A stretch of DNA of 43,884 bases, taken from positions 1 to 43,884 of the forward strand of contig JAFGVM010000002.1 in assembly GCA_016937995.1 (NCBI GenBank), given 5' to 3'. The position numbers and the translations under genes are program-made. The DNA is from Candidatus Delongbacteria bacterium (lineage in GTDB: Bacteria > UBA4055). The notes beneath the pieces were generated by a model. The model had not been told where the DNA came from. It searched no databases and saw only the letters and a program-made list of their open reading frames with translations. This document shows, piece after piece, positions 27,968 through 37,342 of this stretch (positions within the stretch are counted from its first letter, which is position 1; each line of letters begins with the position of its first letter).

Positions 27968-29749
27968 ATGATCGACCTTGAAAAATTCAATATTAAAATT
28001 GACAAAAGGATACTTTCACAGATACTGTTCTATTCAGCCATTGTGATATCTCTTACAGGTTTTATGATGTTCATGAACGGGTTTAATAGATTTTCGATCT
28101 CCGGGATAAGAAAAGATTCCGGAAGAGTTGAGTTTGAATTCTATGACAATTACCTTTATATGTTCTCTCATAACACTGAAAGTTATGCACCTGTCACTGA
28201 TATTAAATATTATAAGAGCGATTCAAAAAAAGAACCTGACAATCCTTTAATTGTATTTTTCACTACAACAAATGAGTATAAATTTTATGCTAAAGTTAAG
28301 GGTATTGATGAAGATGATCTGAAGGAGTTATATAAAGAACTTAGTGTGTTTATGGATGATGAGAGCATTAAAGAATTTGGAGATTCTTTCTTTTTTCTGA
28401 GATTTTATGGATTCTTCGGGTTAATAATAGCCGGACTCATAGGATATTATATAATACCTCTTTATAAACAAATTCCTGCTGCTTTGCCTAAACCAAAAAA
28501 AGAACCTAAAGCGAAAGGTAAAGAAAAAGCAGTGAAAAAAGACATAAAGGTCAAAAAAATAAAAAAAGTGGTTACAGCTGAAATGCTATTGAAAATAATC
28601 TTACCGGTTTTTGATCATGATTTTATTTTCAAACCTGAAATATATGATACACCATATACACACGGGGTTGCACTTGCCTGTACTCCGTTACAAAAAACTG
28701 AACTCTTAGAGAAATACGGTGATGATTACGAATATATTATTTGTGAGAAAAATACAAGTACCGCAGAGATGACCATTAAGGCCGAGACCTGGGTAAAAGA
28801 ACTTACCGGTTACCTCATAGTTCAGACAGCAAATATACCTGATCTCACTTCATCAATGCTTGTTGAATTTTACAAAGCCCATAAAAATGTTCAGAATGAA
28901 TGCACCATCTTAGCAACAGAATCATTCGAACCGGAAATTCCGTATGGTAAAATCATGAGGAATATGGCAAACAGAATTGTAACTATATCTGAAACAAATG
29001 AAAGTAATGATACCACGATACAGGCAGGACAGGTATCTTTGGGTTTATTCTGCTTTAACACAAAGAAAGTATTCGAAACTTTAAAAAGTCTGGATCATGG
29101 AGATGCCCTTGCTGGAGTATCATTGATAAAAATAGTTGACAGATACCAAAAGAACAGAAGCAAGATGAATACTTTTGTTGTTAAAACTTCTGCAAAACAT
29201 TCCATCAGGTCAAATATAGCTGCAACAGAAACCACAGTTATACCTTCCAAGAATACAAAAGCTATAATTCTATCAACAAATCTATATGATGCTGACAGGC
29301 TGAAAAACATTTATGAAACTTTGAAAGCCGCCATAAGCGATGTCATTGTTATTGTCAGTGCTGAGCACAGATCAGACACAATTGAGATCCTTGGAGATAC
29401 TGTAAAAATTGTCATTTCTGAAGGAAAACTCGGTGATGCAGATGATATTCTGAGAACAAATGATCATTTACGTGATTTTCATGGGCTGGTGTTAGTTGTA
29501 ACAGAAGATAATGACAGTATCTCAAAAGATATGATCAGCAAGTTGATTTCAGAACACACCAATCAAAACAATATTTGCTCATACGTAAAAAATGGTGACA
29601 ACAATTCTTTGTACTGTGCAGATGCATTTCAGTTCCTGTATGCTGTAAAGAAGATCGGCCGCAATATGGATGATAAAAAATATCATTTATCAGATCTGAC
29701 TGAAATTCTTTTAGAAGCTAACAAAAGAGTTCAGGAAGTCATTTTATAA
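27968..29749 (+). CDS. Membrane protein with two degenerate GlmU-like nucleotidyltransferase domains
   Basis: Two hydrophobic helices, a Lys/Pro-rich linker, then YGKIMR...IVTISE...LGLFCFN and KLGDADDI...VLVVTED...YHLSDL, which echo GlmU N-terminal motifs; GAGG RBS. Confidence 0.6.
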   Translation: MIDLEKFNIKIDKRILSQILFYSAIVISLTGFMMFMNGFNRFSISGIRKDSGRVEFEFYDNYLYMFSHNTESYAPVTDIKYYKSDSKKEPDNPLIVFFTTTNEYKFYAKVKGIDEDDLKELYKELSVFMDDESIKEFGDSFFFLRFYGFFGLIIAGLIGYYIIPLYKQIPAALPKPKKEPKAKGKEKAVKKDIKVKKIKKVVTAEMLLKIILPVFDHDFIFKPEIYDTPYTHGVALACTPLQKTELLEKYGDDYEYIICEKNTSTAEMTIKAETWVKELTGYLIVQTANIPDLTSSMLVEFYKAHKNVQNECTILATESFEPEIPYGKIMRNMANRIVTISETNESNDTTIQAGQVSLGLFCFNTKKVFETLKSLDHGDALAGVSLIKIVDRYQKNRSKMNTFVVKTSAKHSIRSNIAATETTVIPSKNTKAIILSTNLYDADRLKNIYETLKAAISDVIVIVSAEHRSDTIEILGDTVKIVISEGKLGDADDILRTNDHLRDFHGLVLVVTEDNDSISKDMISKLISEHTNQNNICSYVKNGDNNSLYCADAFQFLYAVKKIGRNMDDKKYHLSDLTEILLEANKRVQEVIL

Positions 29750-29788
29750 CTGATCTCTCATAAAACAGAAATACCTATAAAAAAGTTA

Positions 29789-29822
29789 AGAGGCACTAAA
29801 TGGGCGTCTCTTTAGTGCCTCT
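29789..29822. terminator. 12-bp hairpin between convergent genes, REP-derived
   Basis: agaggcactaaa-tgggcgtctc-tttagtgcctct; no strong adjacent T-tail. Confidence 0.5.
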
Positions 29823-29839
29823 ATACCTCCGTAAGAACC

Positions 29840-31738
29840 CTATTTCTTTAATAGTTTTGCTTTCTCAACAAGTTGAACGAACTCTGCTCTGTACCCAAAG
29901 TCATCCTTCCCCATTGATCCTTTTGCCATTTCAAGCACACTGTCAAAAGTTGAATCACCAGCAAATTTTGATTCTCTTAAAAGCATTCCAAATTCTGCCA
30001 CTGCTGCTGAAAATCTGAAGTTATTTGACGATTTATCAAAAGATACACCTTCATCCGCTAAAGGATGTTCGATCAGCTTACTGACATCTTCTTTAGGTTC
30101 TTTATATCTTAGTTTAACGAACATCAGTTCATTGGTCTTATAAGCATAAGGAGTGGTCTCAAGCTGCTGATATTTCATATCGTCAACTTTCTTCTCTGTC
30201 TTGGCATTAGCAGGAACGATCTCATATAAAGCTGTAACTGTATGACCTGCTCCAAGCTCTCCGGCATCCTTTTTATCATCGTTAAAATCTTCTTTATTTA
30301 AGAGTCTGTTCTCATAACCGATCAGTCTGTATGAATCTACTTTTGCAGGATTGAATTCTATCTGAATCTTAACATCCTTTGCAATAGTGTACATAGTTCC
30401 CGCAAGCTCTGTTACAAGTACTTTTTTAGCCTCAAGAATATTATCTATGTAGAAGTAATTACCATTGCCTTTTTCAGCGATCTCTTCCATTCTACCGTCT
30501 TTGTAATTACCCATACCGAATCCAAGGATAGTCAGGAATATACCTTCATTTCTTTTCTCTTCCATCATCTTTACAAGTTCAGATGTACTTGAAACTCCAA
30601 CATTAAAATCACCATCTGTTGCCAAAATTATTCTGTTATTACCATCTTTTATCAAATTCTCTTCAGCGATCTTGTAAGCTAACTTTATACCTGCTCCGCC
30701 TGCTGTAGAACCACCTGCACTTAAAGCATTTAATGCATCCAGTATTTTTTTCTTCTCAGAAACTTCTGTAGATGGAAGAACGACACCTGCTGCACCGGCG
30801 TAAACCGCAATTGCAACTTTATCGGTAGGTTTCAAAGCATCAAGCAACAGACTGAATGATTTTTTTAGAAGACCAAGCTTATTTTCAGAATTCATAGAGC
30901 CTGAAACATCAAGTAAAAATACAAAATTGCTCTTTACGTCACTTCCCTGCTCCATTTGTTTTCCCTGAAGGCCGATGTGTACCAGTTTATTCTGTTTATT
31001 CCATGGACAGTCTGAGATCTCTGTGTTCACTGCAAAAGGAACTTCATCCTTAGGATAGTCATAGTCATAGTTAAAGTAATTTATCATTTCTTCAATCCTG
31101 ATCGCATCTTTGTACGGCATCTGATTCTGATTGATAAATCTTCTCATGTTCGAGTAGGAAGCAGCATCAACATCTATAGAAAAAGTTGAGATCGGAGTTT
31201 CTATGACCTTTTTGAATTCGTTCTCAGTTATAGAAGAATATTCCTCTGTGTTGTGCTGAATTTGACCTTCGCCGTTAGCTACCATTCCAACTGATATTGC
31301 ATCCATACTCATCATCGGCGCAACCCTTTTCTCACTCTTTCTAACCTGATAAGTTACATCAATTTCAGAAAGTTCAACTTCTGCATCCAGATCTTCTTCT
31401 ACCGGCTCTGCAGGTTTAATTACAGATAATTTAAAATTCAGAACCGTAGTCTTATCTGCATTGATTTTCACCCCTGCAGTTTCTTTAGAATTATAATTAA
31501 CAAGCTGAGCTTTAACGGTGTAAGTTCCGTCAGGTATGTTTTCAATTTTATAAAAACCCTTACTGTCAGTCTTTCCCCAGTATTTTGTACCTGTCAGGTA
31601 AACACCTGCACCTTTGAGTTTATTACCTTTCATGTCAGTAACTGTACCTTCGATAATTCCAGTCGTTCCTGCAAAAATACAAGTAACTAAAATGAGCATA
31701 AATACGATGATCCCGAATCTTTTCATACGATCCTCCAT
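29840..31738 (-). CDS. YfbK-like von Willebrand factor A domain protein with N-terminal carboxypeptidase-regulatory-like domain
   Basis: STFSIDVDAASY, RIEEMINYF, FLLDVSGSM (MIDAS), LATDGDFNVG, YRLIGYENR and DAGELGAGH motifs; signal peptide. True start may be 31726. Confidence 0.9.
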   Translation of the reverse strand: MEDRMKRFGIIVFMLILVTCIFAGTTGIIEGTVTDMKGNKLKGAGVYLTGTKYWGKTDSKGFYKIENIPDGTYTVKAQLVNYNSKETAGVKINADKTTVLNFKLSVIKPAEPVEEDLDAEVELSEIDVTYQVRKSEKRVAPMMSMDAISVGMVANGEGQIQHNTEEYSSITENEFKKVIETPISTFSIDVDAASYSNMRRFINQNQMPYKDAIRIEEMINYFNYDYDYPKDEVPFAVNTEISDCPWNKQNKLVHIGLQGKQMEQGSDVKSNFVFLLDVSGSMNSENKLGLLKKSFSLLLDALKPTDKVAIAVYAGAAGVVLPSTEVSEKKKILDALNALSAGGSTAGGAGIKLAYKIAEENLIKDGNNRIILATDGDFNVGVSSTSELVKMMEEKRNEGIFLTILGFGMGNYKDGRMEEIAEKGNGNYFYIDNILEAKKVLVTELAGTMYTIAKDVKIQIEFNPAKVDSYRLIGYENRLLNKEDFNDDKKDAGELGAGHTVTALYEIVPANAKTEKKVDDMKYQQLETTPYAYKTNELMFVKLRYKEPKEDVSKLIEHPLADEGVSFDKSSNNFRFSAAVAEFGMLLRESKFAGDSTFDSVLEMAKGSMGKDDFGYRAEFVQLVEKAKLLKK

Positions 31739-31835
31739 TTTTATATATTAAAATAATTTTGACGTTCTTTGTTATAAACAATAAAATGAATAATGTTCAA
31801 AATCACAAACGAAATATTTTTACAAATTTGGATTT

Positions 31836-31904
31836 GTAGGGGACGGTTTCTAACCGTCACCTCTTCTAACGTTTTCATGGGGAGGAAAAGAATTTCTCCC
31901 CTAT
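31836..31904. repeat. Inverted REP doublet made of two different REP classes
   Basis: GTAGGGGACGGTTTCTAACCGTCAC (31836..31860, +) and ATAGGGGAGAAATTCTTTTCCTCCC (31904..31880, -). Confidence 0.65.
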
Positions 31905-32032
31905 GAACATCCATGTGTTTCGTAATTTTCGTGGTAAAATAATCAAAATAATTATGTTATAAATCATTTCATAAATAGTCATGTTATTATACCTTATCAA
32001 TCAGAAGTTAACTAGATAATTGAGGCGACAAA

Positions 32033-33343
32033 TTGAATTACTTAGACATCTTTAAACATATATATGATATATTTATTGAAATTTCACCATTCCTGTTACT
32101 TGGATTATTCTTTGTAGGAATACTACACATATTCTTCTCTAAAGAATTCGTTACGAAGCATGTTGGCAAAGATAACGTAGGATCTATTGTAAAAGCATCT
32201 GTTCTGGGTGTACCTCTTCCCTTATGTTCATGCGGAGTAATACCAACTGCTATCTATATGGCCAAGAACGGCGCATCTAAGGGAGCTGTGATATCTTTCC
32301 TTATATCCACACCCCAGACAGGGATAGACAGCATTATGGCGACCTATGGTATGTTAGGATGGGTTTTTGCTATCTATCGTCCGATCATTGCTTTCTTAAG
32401 CGGTATTCTCGGTGGAATTATTGTAAACATATTTTCAAAAGATCCTTTGACAATAAATATTGAGGACGAAAAAGCATCTGAAACTTCTTCCTGCAGTTCG
32501 GGAACATGTAATTCTACAACATGTGGAACTAAACCTATGAAGAAGCAAAATGTTATAACAAGGTTCTATCACTATGCTTTCGTTGAATTCCTTGATGACA
32601 TTGCAGTTCATTTTATAATAGGTATTATAATTTCAGGATTGATCTCATTCTTTATTCCAGCAGAATTCTTCACTGAGTATCAGCTGGGTAGCGGCATAGT
32701 AGGAATGCTTGTCATGGTAGCAATAGGTTTGCCAATGTATATCTGTGCTACAGCATCAATTCCAATTGCTATAACTTTGATGCTCAAAGGTGTTTCTCCC
32801 GGAGCAGCTTTTGTATTCCTCACTGTTGGACCACTAACAAATGCCGCATCTCTGGCTATTCTTGCAAAGATCTTTACTAAGAAAGTTATGTTGATATATG
32901 TTGCTTCAGCTTCGACAATAGCGATCATAGCTGGTCTATCACTTGATCTAATTGTAACTACTTTCTCACTTCAGGAATCTGTTATCCCCACTATAGCATC
33001 AGGTCACATGCATGATGGTGGATTCCTGCACACTGTGTATATTGTAAGCGCATGGATATTTGCTTTTATGTTACTTGGTTCATTATACAGAAGATATTTA
33101 AAACCTAAATTCAAAAGTAAAATTAAAAAGGTCAATATTATGAATAGCTTAAAAATAAATATCGAAGGAATGTCCTGCAACCATTGTGTGAATAATATAA
33201 AAGATACACTTTTAAAACAAAACAACATTGATACTGCTGATGTAGATCTTCCAACCAATTCTGCTGAGATCACTGGAAAAAATCTCGATAAAAAAACTAT
33301 TTCAGATTTGATCGCTAATCTTGGATACAAAGTTGTTGAATAA
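32033..33343 (+). CDS. ArsP/DUF318 (SO_0444-like) heavy-metal permease fused to a C-terminal HMA domain
   Basis: GVPLPLCSCGVIP, FLISTPQTGIDS and PMYICATASIP motifs; Cys-rich loop; C-terminal IEGMSCNHC; TTG start after GAGG. Confidence 0.9.
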   Translation: MNYLDIFKHIYDIFIEISPFLLLGLFFVGILHIFFSKEFVTKHVGKDNVGSIVKASVLGVPLPLCSCGVIPTAIYMAKNGASKGAVISFLISTPQTGIDSIMATYGMLGWVFAIYRPIIAFLSGILGGIIVNIFSKDPLTINIEDEKASETSSCSSGTCNSTTCGTKPMKKQNVITRFYHYAFVEFLDDIAVHFIIGIIISGLISFFIPAEFFTEYQLGSGIVGMLVMVAIGLPMYICATASIPIAITLMLKGVSPGAAFVFLTVGPLTNAASLAILAKIFTKKVMLIYVASASTIAIIAGLSLDLIVTTFSLQESVIPTIASGHMHDGGFLHTVYIVSAWIFAFMLLGSLYRRYLKPKFKSKIKKVNIMNSLKINIEGMSCNHCVNNIKDTLLKQNNIDTADVDLPTNSAEITGKNLDKKTISDLIANLGYKVVE

Positions 33344-33344
33344 A

Positions 33345-33630
33345 TTAGTGATAAGTGGTAAGTTCGCTTAATTGAATACGTTTTTATACTGTTAAATCAT
33401 GTTAAGCACCATGTCATGCTGATCCCGATTTATCGGGACAGCATCTATTTTTTAATCGTTCTAGACCCTGAAATAAATTCAGGATGACGACTGCACAATA
33501 TAATTAGGATTCAATCATTTGACTTTTCTCTTATTACTCATCACTTATCACTAAAAAGTCTTACATTCCGATTAACTCAGTGTAATTTTTTCTTACCACT
33601 TATCACTTACCACTTACCACTTATCACTAA
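33345..33630. repeat. Heptamer (CACTTAY) tracts forming inverted arms around a palindromic element
   Basis: ttagtgataagtggtaagt (33345..33363) is the exact reverse complement of 33612..33630; tandem cacttat/cacttac units at 33592..33630; partial arm at 33542..33554. Confidence 0.8.
33413..33491 (-). repeat. 79-bp double-hairpin intergenic element, copy 2
   Basis: Reverse complement of 17889..17966 with a variable spacer. Confidence 0.85.
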
Positions 33631-33723
33631 AATTAACCCCTTCATCTAAAACAGCATTGATATTGACTTTTTTCTTTTTAAATTGAAATTGTAGACAACC
33701 TCAAATAAAAAAAGGAGATTATC

Positions 33724-33885
33724 ATGTTTAGCAACGAGATTAAAAACATTCACAAGAAATTCAAAGAAGGCAAGATCACAAAAGAAGAAGAAAAAAAAGC
33801 TATTGGAATTCTTATGAGATATGAAATGCAGGCTATGAGATCTAAAGAAAGATCACATTCATTGCACTTTATGTACCTAAGCTAA
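33724..33885 (+). CDS. Small basic hypothetical protein, 53 aa (below the ORF-track cutoff)
   Basis: AAGGAG RBS 6 nt upstream of ATG; MFSNEIKNIHKKFKEGKITKEEEKKAIGILMRYEMQAMRSKERSHSLHFMYLS; followed by a hairpin. Confidence 0.65.
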   Translation: MFSNEIKNIHKKFKEGKITKEEEKKAIGILMRYEMQAMRSKERSHSLHFMYLS

Positions 33886-33900
33886 ATTAGGTAATGTAAA

Positions 33901-33926
33901 AGGAAGTATCGGAAGAGGTACTTCCT
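33901..33926 (+). terminator. Hairpin after the small ORF (weak terminator or stabilising stem)
   Basis: aggaagta...tacttcct 8-bp stem with no U-tail. Confidence 0.35.
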
Positions 33927-33958
33927 CACTATTAAAAAAATGTTATGCGGAGATAGAA

Positions 33959-35998
33959 ATGTTTAGATTAATAAGTATTTTGCTGATAGTGTCCCTTCCT
34001 ATCATTGCGTTCGGAAATATTGATGACATGAAAACTGCAATAGACCGTGATGATCTTGTTAAGGTCAAGATCATTTTGAAATCTGATAGAGGTCTTCTAG
34101 AACAAAAGATCGACGAATATTTAACACCATTGAACTACGCTGCTGTAAAAAATATGACAGATATTGGTAAATTCCTGATAGATTATGGTGCCAACATCAA
34201 TGCACCCGATAAAGAAGGAAGTATTCCAATTCATAATTCTGCTGCAAAAGGGAATTATGAACTGACAAAATATTTGATAGAGAAAGGTAGCAACATAAAT
34301 TATAAAGACATTAATGGTGTTACTCCATCATATTTTGCATCTGCTTCAGGAAATCTACAATTAATAAAGTATATGGAAGAGAATGGTGCTGACTTTGAAA
34401 ATATTTCTCCAAGCGGAGTAACTCCTCTACATTTTGCTGCAAGTAACGGAAACAATCAAATGTTGAAATATTTTATTGACAAAGGATTTGATGTAAATGC
34501 AAAAAACACTGCTGGGCAAACACCGATAGTTTGGGCAGTTGCAAGAAACAATGTTGAAGCAATAAAGTTATTAAAAGATAATAGTGCGGATATTAATTAT
34601 GTTGATGAACATGAGCAAAATTTATTATTTATAGCCGCATCTAGGAAGGCAAAAGAAAGTTTTGAACTACTTTTAAGCTATGGACTTGATATTAACTCTA
34701 AAGACAAATACGACCAAACTCCATTAACTAATGCTGTTCATAGTGGAAAAGAAATGGTAGAATATCTTTTGGAAAAAGGTGCCGAACCAGCCCCGATAGA
34801 ATGTATGAATGGTAATACCTGCAGAATTGAAGGCAATACACCTTTGCATGGTGCTATGTACGCAAATGATCTGGAAGTTGTTAAGGCACTCGTTGATCAT
34901 AAAGCTCCTGTAAATATTCAGGATAAAGACGGAGTAACCCCATTGGCAATTGCAGTAAGAAATGGTTCAGCGGATATAGTAAAATTTCTATTAGACGAAG
35001 GTGCAGACCCAAATCTGAAAGATAATATACTTGAACAGGCTCCATTACACATCGCATCAAGTAAAGGATATAAGGATATTGTTGATATTCTGTTGGAAAA
35101 AGGTGTTGACGTTAATTTAGAGGACGGTCAGGATCAAACAGCATTGTATTTGGCTACTTTTCATAATAATAAAAGTGTTGTAAAATCATTACTTCAGAAA
35201 GGTGCAGATACAAATGATCTGAAATCAATGAACAGTTACAAGGATATAAAGAACGATGAAGCAAAAATATGGTTCCTTGGTCACAGTGGTTGGGCAATTA
35301 AAACAAAAGACCATCTTTTAATATTTGATTATTTTGAAAGTAGTAGAGCAACAAAACCTGATGAACCAAATATCAATAATGGTTATCTAGACCCTGAGCA
35401 ACTAAAAGATGAAAACATTATAGTATTTATCTCGCATTCTCATCAAGATCACTATCAGGCTTCTTTATTTGACTGGGAAAAGAAATATCCTAACGTTAAG
35501 TATGTTGTCGGATTCGATCCCAAGAAAGAAGTTAAGAATTTGAATATTGTTGAAGGTAGGAAAAATATTAATATTGATGGAGTAGAGATCATAACTGTTC
35601 CTTCAACTGACTCTGGTGTAGGATTCCTTATAAAAACAAACGGGTTAACAATATTTCATCCGGGTGACCATGCAAATATGAGCAGAGAGCTGAATGGCCC
35701 TTATGTTAAAGAGATCGATTATCTTGCCTCATTGACTGATAAAGTAGACATCTCATTCTTCCCGGTCACAGGTTGTAATTTCAGGGATAAGATCTCATTG
35801 AAGATGGGCGTGAAATATGCTATCGACAAATTAAATCCAAAAACCGTATTCCCTATGCATTGTGGTAATAATGAAGCTCAGTTGAAAACATTCATAGATG
35901 AATCAATAGCAGAAGGTATTATAGCAAATTTCAAGTGTGCTACCTGCAAAGGAGATAACTTTATATTTAAGAACGGTGACATTGTTTACAATTATTGA
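33959..35998 (+). CDS. Exported ankyrin-repeat protein fused to a metallo-beta-lactamase-fold hydrolase
   Basis: Signal peptide; roughly a dozen TPLH.A...LL..GADVN-type repeats; WFLGHSG, SHSHQDH (HxHxDH), FHPGD and FPMH motifs; GGAG RBS. Confidence 0.9.
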   Translation: MFRLISILLIVSLPIIAFGNIDDMKTAIDRDDLVKVKIILKSDRGLLEQKIDEYLTPLNYAAVKNMTDIGKFLIDYGANINAPDKEGSIPIHNSAAKGNYELTKYLIEKGSNINYKDINGVTPSYFASASGNLQLIKYMEENGADFENISPSGVTPLHFAASNGNNQMLKYFIDKGFDVNAKNTAGQTPIVWAVARNNVEAIKLLKDNSADINYVDEHEQNLLFIAASRKAKESFELLLSYGLDINSKDKYDQTPLTNAVHSGKEMVEYLLEKGAEPAPIECMNGNTCRIEGNTPLHGAMYANDLEVVKALVDHKAPVNIQDKDGVTPLAIAVRNGSADIVKFLLDEGADPNLKDNILEQAPLHIASSKGYKDIVDILLEKGVDVNLEDGQDQTALYLATFHNNKSVVKSLLQKGADTNDLKSMNSYKDIKNDEAKIWFLGHSGWAIKTKDHLLIFDYFESSRATKPDEPNINNGYLDPEQLKDENIIVFISHSHQDHYQASLFDWEKKYPNVKYVVGFDPKKEVKNLNIVEGRKNINIDGVEIITVPSTDSGVGFLIKTNGLTIFHPGDHANMSRELNGPYVKEIDYLASLTDKVDISFFPVTGCNFRDKISLKMGVKYAIDKLNPKTVFPMHCGNNEAQLKTFIDESIAEGIIANFKCATCKGDNFIFKNGDIVYNY

Positions 35999-36038
35999 TA
36001 AAAAAAAGTTATGTGTAAAAACTATGTGAGGTAATGTT

Positions 36039-36200
36039 ATGTTAAGTAAGATATGTAACTGCAGAACAATATTTAATGTGATAGGCATATTGGGATTCAC
36101 ACTGATCTTTGCATATTTCAAAGCTAATATTTATACATTGATCGGTTTTACTCAATATGTAGGATTCTCTATTGTGTTCAATTTAGACAGAGATGCTTAG
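36039..36200 (+). CDS. Small hydrophobic hypothetical peptide, 53 aa (below the ORF-track cutoff)
   Basis: GAGGT 6 nt upstream of ATG; MLSKICNCRTIFNVIGILGFTLIFAYFKANIYTLIGFTQYVGFSIVFNLDRDA; fills an intergenic gap on the operon strand. Confidence 0.5.
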   Translation: MLSKICNCRTIFNVIGILGFTLIFAYFKANIYTLIGFTQYVGFSIVFNLDRDA

Positions 36201-36253
36201 AAATGATTAAATTTTGATACTGTATAAATTAAAAAATGGATTATATTTAAGAA

Positions 36254-37342
36254 ATGAAAAAAATACTAGCCTACATATCACTTATTATCCTGATCGGAAC
36301 ATTTGTTTATTGGGTCACACCAAAGATTCAGCATAAAGGTATTAAGAAGATCAAAAATGAATACTTTACGGATCCGGTTGAGTTAAAATTAGAGAAAATA
36401 TGCTCTATTGACAGTACAGAAATAAATAAACCTGTTCAATCTTATTTTAACTCTAAAGATGAGCTGTATGTCCTTGAGTATTTTTCTCAGAAAGTAAAAA
36501 TTTTTGATCAGAAAGGTAAATTGATCCGTAAATATGAAAATATTTGTGACAGTTCTAACATATCATCTTTTACTTTATTCAATGACACCCTATTTGTATC
36601 ATGTTTAGAAGATAAAAGTTTTCGAACTATTAACGAGAAAGGAGAAGTTCTTAGAAAAGTGCTTCTTAATGATGAATTACCATTGAATATCTCCTTCATC
36701 AACGAAAATAACATTCTCGGTTTGTTCAGAACTAATTTAGTAAAAGGCAAAGAGCTTTACATCAATTTAGATCTAAAACTTGTGGATAAAAATTTCAGCA
36801 AGAAAAAATTGATCAGCAGTTTCTTCAGTTCTATGTATCAGATGAATTTTGATCCTGAGATCACTATGTTCCCTTTTGCGATCAGTAGATTCAAGGATCT
36901 TTTATATCTAGGAGTTTCTTCACCTGAAAAATATTCGATATTCGTTTATGATATCGGTATGAAGCTTCAATTCGTAGTCGAAAATAGTGCTGACAGTATA
37001 TATTTCACCCAGGACGAATTCAAGTTGAAATTAAAAAGGGCTAAAGAATTCAAATTACCTTTGTCAAAAAGTCTTGAGCTGAAAGACAACATTGAAAATA
37101 TGTTCTGTGATGAGCTTGGAAATATTTGGGTACGAAGAGGTATTGACAATAATAAGTATTCTTTTGATACGAGCATATTTGATATTTTTCGATATAACGG
37201 CAAATATTTAAAGTCCATTTTGTTGAAAAACACTTCTCGAATTGGAGATATCAGTATACACGGAGATAAGGTTGTTGTACTTAACCCTGAAATCTCAAAA
37301 GTAGATGTATATAAAATAAACTTACAGGAGATCGTTAAATGA
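36254..37342 (+). CDS. Membrane-anchored six-bladed beta-propeller (NHL/TolB-like) protein
   Basis: N-terminal hydrophobic helix; ELYVLE...VKIFDQKGKLI, DELGNIWV and FDIFRYNGKYL blade motifs; ATGA overlap with the next gene. Confidence 0.7.
   Translation: MKKILAYISLIILIGTFVYWVTPKIQHKGIKKIKNEYFTDPVELKLEKICSIDSTEINKPVQSYFNSKDELYVLEYFSQKVKIFDQKGKLIRKYENICDSSNISSFTLFNDTLFVSCLEDKSFRTINEKGEVLRKVLLNDELPLNISFINENNILGLFRTNLVKGKELYINLDLKLVDKNFSKKKLISSFFSSMYQMNFDPEITMFPFAISRFKDLLYLGVSSPEKYSIFVYDIGMKLQFVVENSADSIYFTQDEFKLKLKRAKEFKLPLSKSLELKDNIENMFCDELGNIWVRRGIDNNKYSFDTSIFDIFRYNGKYLKSILLKNTSRIGDISIHGDKVVVLNPEISKVDVYKINLQEIVK

Noticed and set aside
31905-32032. Metal-responsive operator (ArsR/CsoR/CueR) upstream of the permease
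   Set aside because: No convincing inverted repeat above the AT-rich background and no regulator gene nearby.
33345-33630. Possible CRISPR array
   Set aside because: The units are 7-nt tandem repeats with no regular repeat-spacer pattern, and no cas genes are present.
36008-36060. LytTR-binding direct repeats (TATGT units)
   Set aside because: The units are short, irregularly spaced and overlap the RBS and start of the small ORF.
35903-36121. 72-aa minus-strand ORF
   Set aside because: It overlaps the ankyrin-MBL 3' end, has a TTG start without RBS, and conflicts with the better-supported plus-strand ORF at 36039.
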